NCBI GenBank assembly: GCA_963762255.1
Contig: CAVXKA010000002.1
Location: 224,001 to 288,000 of the forward strand
Reading direction: 5' to 3'
Length of the DNA stretch: 64,000 nucleotides
Source of the DNA: Candidatus Eiseniibacteriota bacterium
Lineage (GTDB): Bacteria > Eisenbacteria > RBG-16-71-46 > JABDJR01
Part shown: positions 10,542-20,056 of the stretch, one piece after another
Layout of the letters: each line of letters begins with the position of its first letter
How positions within the stretch are numbered: the first letter of the stretch is position 1
Position numbers and translations under genes: made by a program
The notes under the pieces: generated by a model
Seen by the model: the letters and a program-made list of their open reading frames with translations, nothing else
What the model was told of the DNA's origin: nothing
The model's database searches: none

Positions 10542-10581
10542 GCCGGCACCGGGGCGGCGTCGTGACGCGGCACCCCGACGC

Positions 10582-11610
10582 TCACGACACCCACTCCCGC
10601 GTGAACCGCACGAAGCGGTCGAGCGTTTCGCGGGCGCGCCCGCTCTCGACCGATTCTCTCGCCCTGGCGAGCCCCTCCGCGAGGGTGGGCGCCGCCGAGG
10701 CCGCGTAGAGCGCGGCCCCTGCGTTCAAGCAGACGACATCCCGCGCGGGACCGCTCGTGTCGCCGAGGAGCGCGCGGATGATGCAGGCGTTCTCGGCGGC
10801 GTCGCCGCCGTGAAGCGCTTCGACCGGCGAGGCGGCGAGGCCGAGCGCCGCGGGCTCGACCGTGTAGCGCGCGTGCGCTCCGTCGCGCCACTGCGCGATG
10901 CGGGTCGGAGCAGAGAGCGAGATCTCGTCGAGACCGTCGTCGCCGTGTACGACCAGCGCCCCCGCGCTTCCGAGCATCGCCAGCGCCGTGGCCAATGTCT
11001 CCGTGAGGTGCGCCGCATAGACGCCCAGCACCTGGTGCGTCGCGCCGGCAGGGTTCGAGAGTGGGCCCAGGATGTTGAAGAGCGTGCGCAACGCAAGCTC
11101 CCTGCGCGGCCCCGCCGCGTGCTTCATCGCCGCATGGTGATTGGGGGCGAAGAGAAAGCCCATGCCGGTCGTTTCGAGACAGGCTTCGACGCCTTCCGGC
11201 GGCAGGTCGATGCGCGCGCCCAGAGCTTCCAACACGTCGGCGCTCCCGCAGCGGCTCGAGACCGAACGATTGCCGTGCTTGGCCACCGCGGTGCCTGCGC
11301 CGGTGACGACAAAGGCGGAGGCGGTGGAAATGTTGAAGGTGCCGCTCGCGTCGCCGCCGGTGCCGCAAGTGTCGACAAGCGGGGTGCGGGTGGCGCGTAT
11401 CGATCGCGCGTGGGCGCGCATCGACTCCGCCGCGCCCGCGATCTCCTCCGCCGTTTCGCCGCGCAGGCGCAACGCCATCAGGAACGCACCGATCTGCGCG
11501 GGAGTAGCCGCACCCTCCATGATCGTGTCCATCGCCGCGCGGGATTCATCACGAGCGAGCCGCTCCCCCGCCGCGAGGCGGGCCAGCGTGTGCGTGAAGG
11601 GGGTGCTCAC
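10582..11610 (-). CDS. trpD: Anthranilate phosphoribosyltransferase
   Basis: DTCGTGGD, FNIST, KHGNRSVSSRCGSADVLE, GLDEIS. Confidence 0.95.
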   Translation of the reverse strand: MSTPFTHTLARLAAGERLARDESRAAMDTIMEGAATPAQIGAFLMALRLRGETAEEIAGAAESMRAHARSIRATRTPLVDTCGTGGDASGTFNISTASAFVVTGAGTAVAKHGNRSVSSRCGSADVLEALGARIDLPPEGVEACLETTGMGFLFAPNHHAAMKHAAGPRRELALRTLFNILGPLSNPAGATHQVLGVYAAHLTETLATALAMLGSAGALVVHGDDGLDEISLSAPTRIAQWRDGAHARYTVEPAALGLAASPVEALHGGDAAENACIIRALLGDTSGPARDVVCLNAGAALYAASAAPTLAEGLARARESVESGRARETLDRFVRFTREWVS

Positions 11611-11638
11611 GGGCGGGCTCCGTCAAGCCGGCGCGTCC

Positions 11639-12238
11639 TCACGCCCGCGCCTCCCCGCAAAGCGCGAGGAAGTTGCCGAGCAGGCGCTTCCCAACATCGG
11701 TGAGAATCGACTCCGGGTGAAACTGCACGCCCCAAGTCGGGTGCTCGCGATGACGCACGCCCATGATCTCGCCTTCCTCGGTCCATGCCGTGATCACGAG
11801 CGGATCGGCCACACTCGCGCGCTCCAGCAAGAGCGAGTGATAGCGCGTGGCGGTGAACGGGTTCTCCAGGTCGCGGAACAGATCGCGCCCGTCGTGGTGG
11901 ATGGGCGAGGTCTTGCCGTGCATGAGGCGCTCGGCGCGGACCACGCGTGCGTCGAACACCTCCCCTATCGCCTGATGGCCCAGGCAGACGCCGAGCAGCG
12001 GCTTCTTGCCGGACATGCGACGGATGAGATCCTCCGTGATGCCGGCCACCGACGGCACGCCCGGCCCCGGCGAGATCACGATACCGTCGTAGCCCTCGCG
12101 CTCCACCGCTTCCGGGGTCGTGGTGTCGTTGCGCGCGACTTCCACCTCCGCGCCCAGCTCGCTCAGGTATTGCACGAGGTTGTAGGTGAACGAGTCGTAG
12201 TTATCGAGCATGAAGAGACGGATGGGCGCGTCGATCAC
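11639..12238 (-). CDS. trpG: Anthranilate/aminodeoxychorismate synthase glutamine amidotransferase subunit
   Basis: DNYDSFTYNL, SPGPG, GVCLGHQ, RYHSL, QFHPES. Confidence 0.9.
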   Translation of the reverse strand: MIDAPIRLFMLDNYDSFTYNLVQYLSELGAEVEVARNDTTTPEAVEREGYDGIVISPGPGVPSVAGITEDLIRRMSGKKPLLGVCLGHQAIGEVFDARVVRAERLMHGKTSPIHHDGRDLFRDLENPFTATRYHSLLLERASVADPLVITAWTEEGEIMGVRHREHPTWGVQFHPESILTDVGKRLLGNFLALCGEARA

Positions 12239-13926
12239 GAACGGCGGCCCTCGGCGAGTATCGCGCGGGCGGTGCGCCGGGCGTCGTCGCCTCCGGCGCT
12301 CCCCGCGAGCATGCGGGCCAACTCCTCTTCGCGCTCCTTCCCGGCGACCTCTTCGATATCGATCCGCGTGCGCTTCTTGTCGCTGGTCTTGACGAGGCGC
12401 AGGTGATGGCCGGCGCGACCGGCGATGACCGCGAGGTGGGTCACGACGAGCACCTGCCGCTCGCCGGCGATGGCGGCAAGCCGCGCTCCTACCGCTTCGG
12501 CGACGAGGCCGCCGATGCCGGCGTCGACCTCATCGAAGATGACGAGTGGCACCGGGTCCACGTTGCGAAGCACGTTCTTCAACGCGAGCATGACGCGCGA
12601 GGCCTCGCCACCGGATGCGATGCGGCTCAAGGGACCGGCAGCCTCGCCGGGGTTGGCGGCCAGCACGAACGCGGCGTCTTCCGCGCCGCGCGCGCTCACC
12701 GGATGCTCGCGACCGGGAAGTCTCACCCCCTGGCGCGGCGGGGCGAGTTCCACCGTGAAGCGCGCGTGCTCCATGCCGAGGCCGGCGAGTTCCCGGGTCA
12801 CCTCGCGGGCGAAAGCGGCGGCGGCCTTGCTGCGCGAGGCACTCAGGGCGGCGCACGCGGACAGCAGTGTCTTGGCGGCGGCGGTCACGTCGCGCTCCAA
12901 CGCGGCGAGACGTTCCGGCGCTTCTTCCCACCCCTCCACCGTCTCGCGCAGTTCCTCGCGGCGACGGATCAGATCGGCGTGCGTGCCGTGGTGTTTCTTG
13001 CGCAGGCGAGAGAGCAGATCGAGGCGCGACTCCAGTTCTTCCAGACGCGCGGGGTCCGAGTTCAATCCATCCAGGTAGCGCGCCAGCTCGCGGGCGGTTT
13101 CCTCGCAGGTGACCAGCGCCTCGTCGAGCTGGCGGCGGAGCGGCTCCAACGAGTCGTCGTACGCCGCGGCCTGCCCGAGCTGCCGTGACGCGCGGCCGAG
13201 GAGCGTCTCCGCGCTCGGATCGTCTTCGGTGAGCGCAGTCATCGCCTCCTGCACCGATTCCGCGAGGCGGCCGGCGTGGGCGGCGACGTGGCGCTCGCGC
13301 TCGAGTTCCTCGTCCTCGCCTTCGCGCAATTGCGCGGCTTCGAGTTCCTCGAACTGGAAGCGCAGGTAGTCGCGCTCCTCCGCGCTCTTCCGCGAGGCAA
13401 CGACGAACTCGTCGCGACGTCGAAGCGCCTCCGCATATTCGGCGTGGCGCGCCTTCACCGCGTCGAGAAGCTCGCGATCCGCGGCGTACGCGTCGAGGTA
13501 ATCGAGATGCGTCTCTTCGCGAAGCAGGTTCTGCTGTTCGTGCTGGCCGTGCAGATCGGCCAGCGTCGCACCGATGTCGCGCAGCCGGCCCACCGTAGCC
13601 GGGCGGTCGTTGACGTAGGCCCGCGAGCGGCCGTCGGCGGCGATCACGCGGCGAAGGACAAGCGCGCCGTCCTCCAGCGGCTGATCGAGACCGCGAGCGA
13701 GGAAGTGGTTGGGGGCCAGTTCGAAGCGCGCCACGATCTCGGCTTCGCCGGCGCCCTGGCGCACGAGGTCGGCGGACGCCCGCCCTCCCAGCACCAGGTC
13801 GAGTGCGCCCACCACCAGCGATTTCCCCGCCCCCGTTTCGCCGGTGAGCGCGTTCAAGCCGGGCCGGAAGCGCGCTTCCAGCCGCTCCACGACGGCGAAG
13901 TTGGAGACCCAGAGTTCGGTCAGCAT
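12235..13926 (-). CDS. recN: DNA repair protein RecN
   Basis: TGETGAGKS Walker A, HGQHEQ, SGGEASR signature, FDEVDAGIGG, VTHL. Confidence 0.95.
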   Translation of the reverse strand: MLTELWVSNFAVVERLEARFRPGLNALTGETGAGKSLVVGALDLVLGGRASADLVRQGAGEAEIVARFELAPNHFLARGLDQPLEDGALVLRRVIAADGRSRAYVNDRPATVGRLRDIGATLADLHGQHEQQNLLREETHLDYLDAYAADRELLDAVKARHAEYAEALRRRDEFVVASRKSAEERDYLRFQFEELEAAQLREGEDEELERERHVAAHAGRLAESVQEAMTALTEDDPSAETLLGRASRQLGQAAAYDDSLEPLRRQLDEALVTCEETARELARYLDGLNSDPARLEELESRLDLLSRLRKKHHGTHADLIRRREELRETVEGWEEAPERLAALERDVTAAAKTLLSACAALSASRSKAAAAFAREVTRELAGLGMEHARFTVELAPPRQGVRLPGREHPVSARGAEDAAFVLAANPGEAAGPLSRIASGGEASRVMLALKNVLRNVDPVPLVIFDEVDAGIGGLVAEAVGARLAAIAGERQVLVVTHLAVIAGRAGHHLRLVKTSDKKRTRIDIEEVAGKEREEELARMLAGSAGGDDARRTARAILAEGRRS

Positions 13927-14085
13927 GCGGATCCTCTCCGGACGGGCGCGTTTGCAATCGTGCGCGGGTTATGCCGAGCGCGATCGAGGAATTGTAGCTC
14001 ATGGGTACGGGGCAGCGGGGTGCTCACCCGGGTGATCATCCGCCGCGCAGCGGGTTGCGGGTCGACTCCGCGAGGCCCGCCCCCC

Positions 14086-14955
14086 TCACCGCGTCTTCGG
14101 GATGCCGCCCCAATTCAGCTTCGTGCGCAGGATCTCGTAGTACGGCCGCCGCCCCACGAACGCGAGCAGTGCCTTGCGTTCGGAGAGGCTCACGTGCACC
14201 GGCATCCCCGGCCCAACCACGAACGCGTCCTGCCCGTCCGCGGTGATCTTGATGGCCGCATCCGGCAACTGGTTCTCGATCTCCACGGTCTCCCCGTTCC
14301 CGAACACCAGCGGCCGGACCGCGAGCGTGTGCGCGCAGACCGGTGTCACCACCAGGGCCGGCAGCGCGGGGTGCACGATCGGCCCGCCCGCGGAGAGCGC
14401 GTAGGCGGTGGACCCCGTCGGCGTGGCGACGATCAATCCGTCGGCGGTGAAGGTCCCCACGTAGCTGTGGTCGATGCTCATCTTGAGCACCACCGCCCGC
14501 CGCGTGAAACTCCCCTCGTCCACCACGACGTCATTGAGCGCGTGCAGGATGATCGGCCGACCGCCGGGCTCCCGCGTGGTCGCCTTGATGAGACGGCGCT
14601 CCTCGACGCGGCACTCGCCGGCGAGCACGGTTTCGAGGCACGCGTCGATCTCCGTCGACGGCACCGCGGTGAGAAAACCGAGCCCTCCAAGGTTGATCCC
14701 CAGGATCGGGATCTCCCGTCCCTCCAGCGCACGCACCGCGGTCAAGAGCGTGCCGTCGCCGCCGAGCGAGAGGATCATGTCGGCGTCGCGGAAGAAGCTG
14801 TCCTCCCCGTGGCCCTCGCCCAGCGCCTCGGCGAGATCCCGCCGGAGCAGCACCTCCACCCCCGCCTTGCGCAACCGCGCGATCACCGACCGCGCGGTGG
14901 GGATCGCTTCCGTCTTGTGCAGATTCGCCAATAACGAGATCCGGCGCGCGTTCAT
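14086..14955 (-). CDS. nadK: NAD kinase
   Basis: GGDGT, GINLGGLGFL, ALND, DGLIVATPTGSTAYALSAGGP. Confidence 0.95.
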   Translation of the reverse strand: MNARRISLLANLHKTEAIPTARSVIARLRKAGVEVLLRRDLAEALGEGHGEDSFFRDADMILSLGGDGTLLTAVRALEGREIPILGINLGGLGFLTAVPSTEIDACLETVLAGECRVEERRLIKATTREPGGRPIILHALNDVVVDEGSFTRRAVVLKMSIDHSYVGTFTADGLIVATPTGSTAYALSAGGPIVHPALPALVVTPVCAHTLAVRPLVFGNGETVEIENQLPDAAIKITADGQDAFVVGPGMPVHVSLSERKALLAFVGRRPYYEILRTKLNWGGIPKTR

Positions 14956-14967
14956 GTGACGATCCTC

Positions 14968-15405
14968 CTAGAGGTACCAGATGAAGGCGTACAACACGCC
15001 GAAGGCGGCACCCACGAACACCTCGAACGGCGTGTGTCCCACGAGCTCGGAGAGACGCTCGGGCTTGAACGTGCGGTGGGCATAGTGGTCGGCGACCATG
15101 CGATTCAGGATGCGGGCCTGCGTGCCGGCGGCGCGCCGAAGCCCCGCGGCGTCGTACATGATGACGAGGCTGAAGAAGAGGGTGACGCTGAAGAGCGGAG
15201 ACGTGAAGCCCTCGAGGAACCCGACCGACGTCGTGAGCGCGGTCACGCTCGCTGAATGCGAGCTGGGCATGCCGCCCGTGCCCACCAGCCGCGTGAAGTT
15301 GACCCGGCGGTAGCGCACGAAGAACGCCACGAACTTGTAGATCTGGACGACGAAGCCCGCCGAGAGCGCCACGAGGTACGGCGCGGAGGCGACGAAGTCC
15401 CTCAT
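14968..15405 (-). CDS. Divergent PAP2 family protein (DUF212)
   Basis: GGMPSSHSA, YDAAGLRRAAG, LSELVGHTPFEV; start ATG 15405. Confidence 0.9.
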   Translation of the reverse strand: MRDFVASAPYLVALSAGFVVQIYKFVAFFVRYRRVNFTRLVGTGGMPSSHSASVTALTTSVGFLEGFTSPLFSVTLFFSLVIMYDAAGLRRAAGTQARILNRMVADHYAHRTFKPERLSELVGHTPFEVFVGAAFGVLYAFIWYL

Positions 15406-15463
15406 ACCGACCTCACCGGGCGCAGCAACCTGCCCCTCGCGTCGCGCCGACGCGCGGAAATCA

Positions 15464-16498
15464 TCAGGCCTTCCCCGCCGGGCGCAGAAGCTCGCCCTTC
15501 GCGTCGCGTCGGCGCGCGTCGAGGATGTCGACCAAGCCGCGATAGACATCACGTCGTTGCGGCATGCGCGCGGCCGCCGTCCGCGCCGCCTTCAAGTGCC
15601 GGTCGACTGCTTTGTGGGACGCCGCGAACCCGATCACCCCCGGATAGGTCGCCTTCCCCCGCTCCGCGTCACGTCCGGGCTCGCGGCCCAGCTCGCGGAA
15701 GGTGCCGGCCGCGCCGAGGATGTCGTCCACGATCTGAAACGCCAGGCCGAACCCCTCGCCGTAAGCGGTCAGGAGCGCGAGCCGCGCGGCGGAGGCCTCG
15801 GCGGCGATCCCCCCCATGCGCAGCGCGGCGGTGAAGAGCCGCGCCGTCTTGTGGCGATGAATGTAGAGCAGCGTGGCGCGGCTCGCCTTCTTCCCTTCGG
15901 AAAGCAGATCGAGCGCCTGCCCGCCGATCACTCCGCCCGAGCCGGTCGCGGCACCCAGCTCCTCCACCAGCCGCGCGGCGACGGCGGGACCGAGCGCCCC
16001 CGGTTTCCCGAGTTCGCCTAACACATGAAAACTCCTGGCTAACAGCGCGTCCCCGGCTAGGATAGCCACCCCATCACCGAACACCTTGTGGTTGGAGAGG
16101 CGGCCCCGGCGGTAGTCGTCGTCGTCCATTGCCGGGAGGTCGTCGTGGATGAGCGAGAACGCGTGCACCATCTCCAGCGTCGCTGCCACCGCGTCCGCCT
16201 TGCGCCCGGTGCCACCGAAGGTCTCGTAGGCCAGGAGCACCATCGCGGGACGCAGGCGCTTCCCCCCCGAGAGCGCGGTGTAGCGCATGGCGTCGTGAAT
16301 GATCTCGGGGCGCTCCTTGGCAGCGGGAATGATGCGATCCAACGCGCGGTCCACGCGTCGGCTTGCGACCTCGAGATAGTTGCGCGCGGCCGGGGCGTCG
16401 TCGGACGACCGCCCGCGCCCATCGGCGGACGACCGCCGGGACGATCCCGTGGATGCGCGCTCCAGCGCGCGGGCGGAATCAGAACGGAAGCTCCCCAT
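15464..16498 (-). CDS. ispA: Polyprenyl diphosphate synthase (FPP/GGPP synthase)
   Basis: GGKRLRP, DDLPAMDDDDYRRG (FARM), KTA, FQIVDD; start uncertain. Confidence 0.9.
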   Translation of the reverse strand: MGSFRSDSARALERASTGSSRRSSADGRGRSSDDAPAARNYLEVASRRVDRALDRIIPAAKERPEIIHDAMRYTALSGGKRLRPAMVLLAYETFGGTGRKADAVAATLEMVHAFSLIHDDLPAMDDDDYRRGRLSNHKVFGDGVAILAGDALLARSFHVLGELGKPGALGPAVAARLVEELGAATGSGGVIGGQALDLLSEGKKASRATLLYIHRHKTARLFTAALRMGGIAAEASAARLALLTAYGEGFGLAFQIVDDILGAAGTFRELGREPGRDAERGKATYPGVIGFAASHKAVDRHLKAARTAAARMPQRRDVYRGLVDILDARRRDAKGELLRPAGKA

Positions 16499-16832
16499 CC
16501 TCGTCCTCATCTTCCTCATCGTCCTCTTCTTCAACCGGCTCCTCATCATCGACCGCGCCGGAGAGCGCCGAGGGCTCCAGCCGGAACCCCTCGCTCCCTT
16601 CCGACAGCTCGCGGATCGTGGCCTCAGCGGCTTCGAGCTTCTTCACGCAGTGACGCACGAGTCGGGTGCCGTCGGCGTAGGCCTGGATGCTCTCCTCCAG
16701 AGGAACCTCGCCCTCTTCGAGGCGCGCAACTACCGATTCCAGCCGCTCGAGCGCGGCCTCGAAGCTCAAATCGTCGGTCGCCTCCGGCGCGGACTTCTTC
16801 CTCGCCGGCGACTTCTTCTTTCCGGGGCTCAT
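16479..16832 (-). CDS. xseB: Exodeoxyribonuclease VII small subunit
   Basis: FEAALERLESVVARLEEGEVPLEES core; follows xseA. Confidence 0.9.
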   Translation of the reverse strand: MSPGKKKSPARKKSAPEATDDLSFEAALERLESVVARLEEGEVPLEESIQAYADGTRLVRHCVKKLEAAEATIRELSEGSEGFRLEPSALSGAVDDEEPVEEEDDEEDEDEDGELPF

Positions 16833-18076
16833 CGATCCCCTCCCGGAGTTCCCTCCAGCTCTCGCGGGCCTCCCGCCTCCACGCGCTCCACGCGGGCGTG
16901 AGCCCGATCGGACCTAAACTGCACCACCAACGGCGCACCGAGGGCAAGCCCCTTCGCGCCGGTGAGAACGCGCCCCGTCGCGGGATCCCGCGCGAGGCAG
17001 TAGCCGCGCCCGAGCACCGCGGTGGGGTCGAGCGCGCCGAGAACTCGCGCGGCCTCCTGAATCCGCCGCCGGCGGGTTTCCGCAACCGTAACCGTTGCCG
17101 CGGCCAGGCGCGATGCCAATCCGTCCACGCGCTGCTGCTCGCGGCGCAGGAACTCCTCGGGGCGCCGCAACCCGTACGCAGACACGAGTCGCTGGAGCGT
17201 CATGCGCCGCTCGTGCAGCGCGCGCGCCATGTGGCGATCGAGCTTCTCGCCGAGATGCGCGAACCGGCGCGCCACCTCGCGGCGATCGGGCACCGCCACC
17301 TCCGCCGCAGCGGAGGGTGTGGGCGCGCGCAGGTCGGCCACGAGATCGGCGATCGTGAAATCGGTTTCGTGCCCCACCGCCGAGATGACCGGCGTTGTGC
17401 ACGCGGCGATGGCGCGGGCCACGGGCTCTTCGTTGAAGGCCCACAGGTCTTCGAGACTCCCCCCGCCGCGACCTACGATGATGACGTCGGCGCCGCCCCA
17501 GGCGTCCATCCTCCGCAGCGCGGCGGCGATCTCCTCGGCGGAGCCCTCGCCCTGCACCCGCACCGGAATGAAGACGATGCGCGCGACCGGCCAGCGCCTG
17601 CCGAGCACGTGAAGGAGGTCGCGCACGGCGGCGCCGGTGGGCGACGTGACGATGCCCACCGTCATCGGGTAGCTCGGCAGCGGTACCTTCCGCTCCGCGT
17701 CGAAGAGGCCTTCGGCCGCGAGCCGGCGCTTGAGCGCCTCGAACGCCTGCATGAGCGCGCCCATCCCAGCCGGAACCATCGTGCGCACGATGAGCTGGAG
17801 ATCGCCGCGCGGCTGATAGATCGAGATTTCGCCGTCGGCGATCACCTCGACCCCGTCCGCGGGAAGGAAGCGCAACCCGATCGCGGCGCCGCGAAACATG
17901 ACGGTGCGTAGCTGCGCGTCGCGGTCCTTGAGCGCGAAGTAGAGATGGCCGGACGCGGCCGGACGGAAGTTGGAGATCTCGCCGCGCACGCTCACGCGGC
18001 CGAAAGTGTCGGCCAACGTGCGCTGGATCGCACCGGTGATCTCGGAGACCGAGAAGACCGGAGGGGGCTCGCTCAT
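16829..18076 (-). CDS. xseA: Exodeoxyribonuclease VII large subunit
   Basis: GEISN, SGHLYF, TSPTGAA, RGGGSLEDLWAFN, GHETD, TPSAAAE. Confidence 0.95.
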   Translation of the reverse strand: MSEPPPVFSVSEITGAIQRTLADTFGRVSVRGEISNFRPAASGHLYFALKDRDAQLRTVMFRGAAIGLRFLPADGVEVIADGEISIYQPRGDLQLIVRTMVPAGMGALMQAFEALKRRLAAEGLFDAERKVPLPSYPMTVGIVTSPTGAAVRDLLHVLGRRWPVARIVFIPVRVQGEGSAEEIAAALRRMDAWGGADVIIVGRGGGSLEDLWAFNEEPVARAIAACTTPVISAVGHETDFTIADLVADLRAPTPSAAAEVAVPDRREVARRFAHLGEKLDRHMARALHERRMTLQRLVSAYGLRRPEEFLRREQQRVDGLASRLAAATVTVAETRRRRIQEAARVLGALDPTAVLGRGYCLARDPATGRVLTGAKGLALGAPLVVQFRSDRAHARVERVEAGGPRELEGTPGGDR

Positions 18077-18104
18077 GCGGGGCGTCCTCGCCGCGCTGCC
18101 CGCA

Positions 18105-19007
18105 TCATGCCGCTCCGATCGAGAACGGTCGCGTGACCGTGCCTGAAGCGGCGTCCACGGTGTTGCGCATGAGCATGGCCACGGTCATGAGGCCGACGCC
18201 GCCCGGCACCGGCGTCATCGCCGAGGCAACCTCCGCCGCCTCGGGGGCCACGTCCCCCACCAGCTTCGTCTTGCCCGGCTTGTCCGGGTTGGCGACTCGG
18301 TTCATACCGACGTCGATCACCACCGCACCGGGCTTGACCATGTCCGCGGTCACCACCGCGGCGCGCCCCATCGCGGCAACCAGAACATCCGCGTCGCGGG
18401 TGAAACGCTCCGGCGAGCGGCTGCGGCTGTGCAGGAGGATCACGGTGGCGTCGCGGCCGCCCCCCTTCTGGCTCAACAGGTTCGCCAGCGGGCGGCCCAC
18501 CAGGTTCGAGCGCCCGAGCACGGCCACGGTCGCGCCGGCGAGATTCACCCCCTCGCGCACGAGGAGGTAGAAAACGCCGAGCGGCGTGCAGGGGATGAAC
18601 GCGGTATCGCCGCGCGCGAGCCGACCGATGTTCATGGGGTGGAGCCCGTCCACGTCCTTGGCCGGGTCGATGAGATCGAGGAGTTCGGTGGCGTTGAAAG
18701 CCGCCGGAAGCGGAAGCTGCAAGAGAATGCCGTGCACGCCGGGATCGCGATTGAGATCGCGGAGCGCGTCGCGCGCGCTGCCCGGATCGGTGTCGGCCGG
18801 AAGGATCACCTCTCGCGTGGCCACCCCGACAGCTTGCGAGGCTTCCGCCTTTTTGCGGAGATAGACGATGGAGGCGGGGTCCTCGCCGATGCGCATCATG
18901 GCCAGGGTCGGCACGATGCCTCGCGCCCGTAACGTAGCCGCGCGCGTCGCCGCTTCCTCCTGAATCTCCCCCGCGCGCAGGATGCCGTCGATACGCCGCG
19001 CCGTCAT
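18105..19007 (-). CDS. folD: Methylene-THF dehydrogenase/cyclohydrolase
   Basis: GILLQLPLP, KDVDGLHP, PCTP, GRSNLVGRP, TPVPGGVG; start ATG 19007. Confidence 0.95.
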   Translation of the reverse strand: MTARRIDGILRAGEIQEEAATRAATLRARGIVPTLAMMRIGEDPASIVYLRKKAEASQAVGVATREVILPADTDPGSARDALRDLNRDPGVHGILLQLPLPAAFNATELLDLIDPAKDVDGLHPMNIGRLARGDTAFIPCTPLGVFYLLVREGVNLAGATVAVLGRSNLVGRPLANLLSQKGGGRDATVILLHSRSRSPERFTRDADVLVAAMGRAAVVTADMVKPGAVVIDVGMNRVANPDKPGKTKLVGDVAPEAAEVASAMTPVPGGVGLMTVAMLMRNTVDAASGTVTRPFSIGAA

Positions 19008-19801
19008 GCCGGTCCTCCATCCTCGATCACTCGCGCGATCCGCCGGATCGAACGGGCCCGCCCCGTGGCCTCGTCCAGATCCACCAGCACCGCGTAGAGC
19101 CGGATGTCGCGAGTGGCCGGCTGGAACTTCTGGTGAAGACCGGTCAGGAAGTGCGCGATCACCGCGTTCTTCTCCATGCCGATCACCGAATCGTAGGGTC
19201 CCGTCATCCCGACGTCCGAGATGTACGCTGTGCCGGCGGGGAGCACGCGCTCGTCCGCGGTGGGGATGTGGGTGTGGGTGCCCAGCACCGCCGAGACGCG
19301 ACCGTCGAGGTGCCAACCGAGGGCCATCTTCTCCGAGCTGGCCTCGGCGTGGACGTCGAGGATCACGTAGCGCGCTTCGCGCGAGCGCGCCTCGGCGATC
19401 AGCGCATCCGCCGCGCGGAAGGGGTCGTCGAAGGGCTTCATGAACACGCGCCCCAGCACGCAGCCGATCGCCATCTTGCCGCCGGGAGCATCGATGACCG
19501 CGAGCACGGCCCCCGGGGTGCCCGGCGGGTAGTTGGCGGGACGCACCACGCGCGCTTCACGCTCGATGTAGGCGTGTCCTTCGCGCTTGTCGAAGAGGTG
19601 GTTCCCGCTGGTGAGGACGTTCACCCCCGCCGCGAACATCTCGCCCGCGGTGTCGTGGGTGAGCCCCGCCCCGGCGGCGAGGTTCTCGCCGTTGGCCAGC
19701 ACGACGTCCACGTGCAACTCGCGGCGCAGCTCGGGGAGAAGTCGCACCACGGCCTGCCGGCCCGGGCGTCCCATCACGTCGCCGATGAAGAGCAAGTTCA
19801 T
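19004..19801 (-). CDS. ymdB: YmdB metallophosphoesterase (TIGR00282 family)
   Basis: IGDVMG, NGEN, SGNH, RPANYP, HAEASSEK, GTHTH, DVGMTG. Confidence 0.9.
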   Translation of the reverse strand: MNLLFIGDVMGRPGRQAVVRLLPELRRELHVDVVLANGENLAAGAGLTHDTAGEMFAAGVNVLTSGNHLFDKREGHAYIEREARVVRPANYPPGTPGAVLAVIDAPGGKMAIGCVLGRVFMKPFDDPFRAADALIAEARSREARYVILDVHAEASSEKMALGWHLDGRVSAVLGTHTHIPTADERVLPAGTAYISDVGMTGPYDSVIGMEKNAVIAHFLTGLHQKFQPATRDIRLYAVLVDLDEATGRARSIRRIARVIEDGGPA

Positions 19802-19812
19802 AAGAAAAGAAA

Positions 19813-19988
19813 ATTCCCCGCCGAATGCCGTGTGAGTCGGGTTTTTGAACCTAAACTTACCAGGTGGGCGCCGTATTCCGGAGTTCGTGTTCCCCGCGAG
19901 CGGGGATCACTCCGTCCGATCTTCAAGCTCCCGAAGTCTAGGTGTTGGCTCAAAAATACCTGGAATCATCACGGACAGGGCAGGGAAT
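19813..19988 (-). ncRNA. ssrS: 6S RNA
   Basis: Downstream of zapA; closing stem ATTCCCTGCC/GGCGGGGAAT, internal TTTTTGAGCC/GGTTCAAAAA pairing, central bubble with GGGAGC...CCCACCTG. Confidence 0.85.
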
Positions 19989-20056
19989 CTTCAAACCCGC
20001 CTGTTCTGTGCTTTCGACGCGCCGCGACCGTGACCGCGACACATCACCACACGATG

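Noticed and set aside
14021-14038. 18-bp sequence TGCTCACCCGGGTGATCA, also at about 62113-62130
   Set aside because: The second copy is inside miaA coding sequence; only two copies in high-GC DNA, no shared context.
19887-19910. GTGTTCCCCGCGAGCGGGGATCAC resembles a type I-E CRISPR repeat
   Set aside because: Single copy, no spacers or cas genes; it is the apical hairpin of the 6S RNA.
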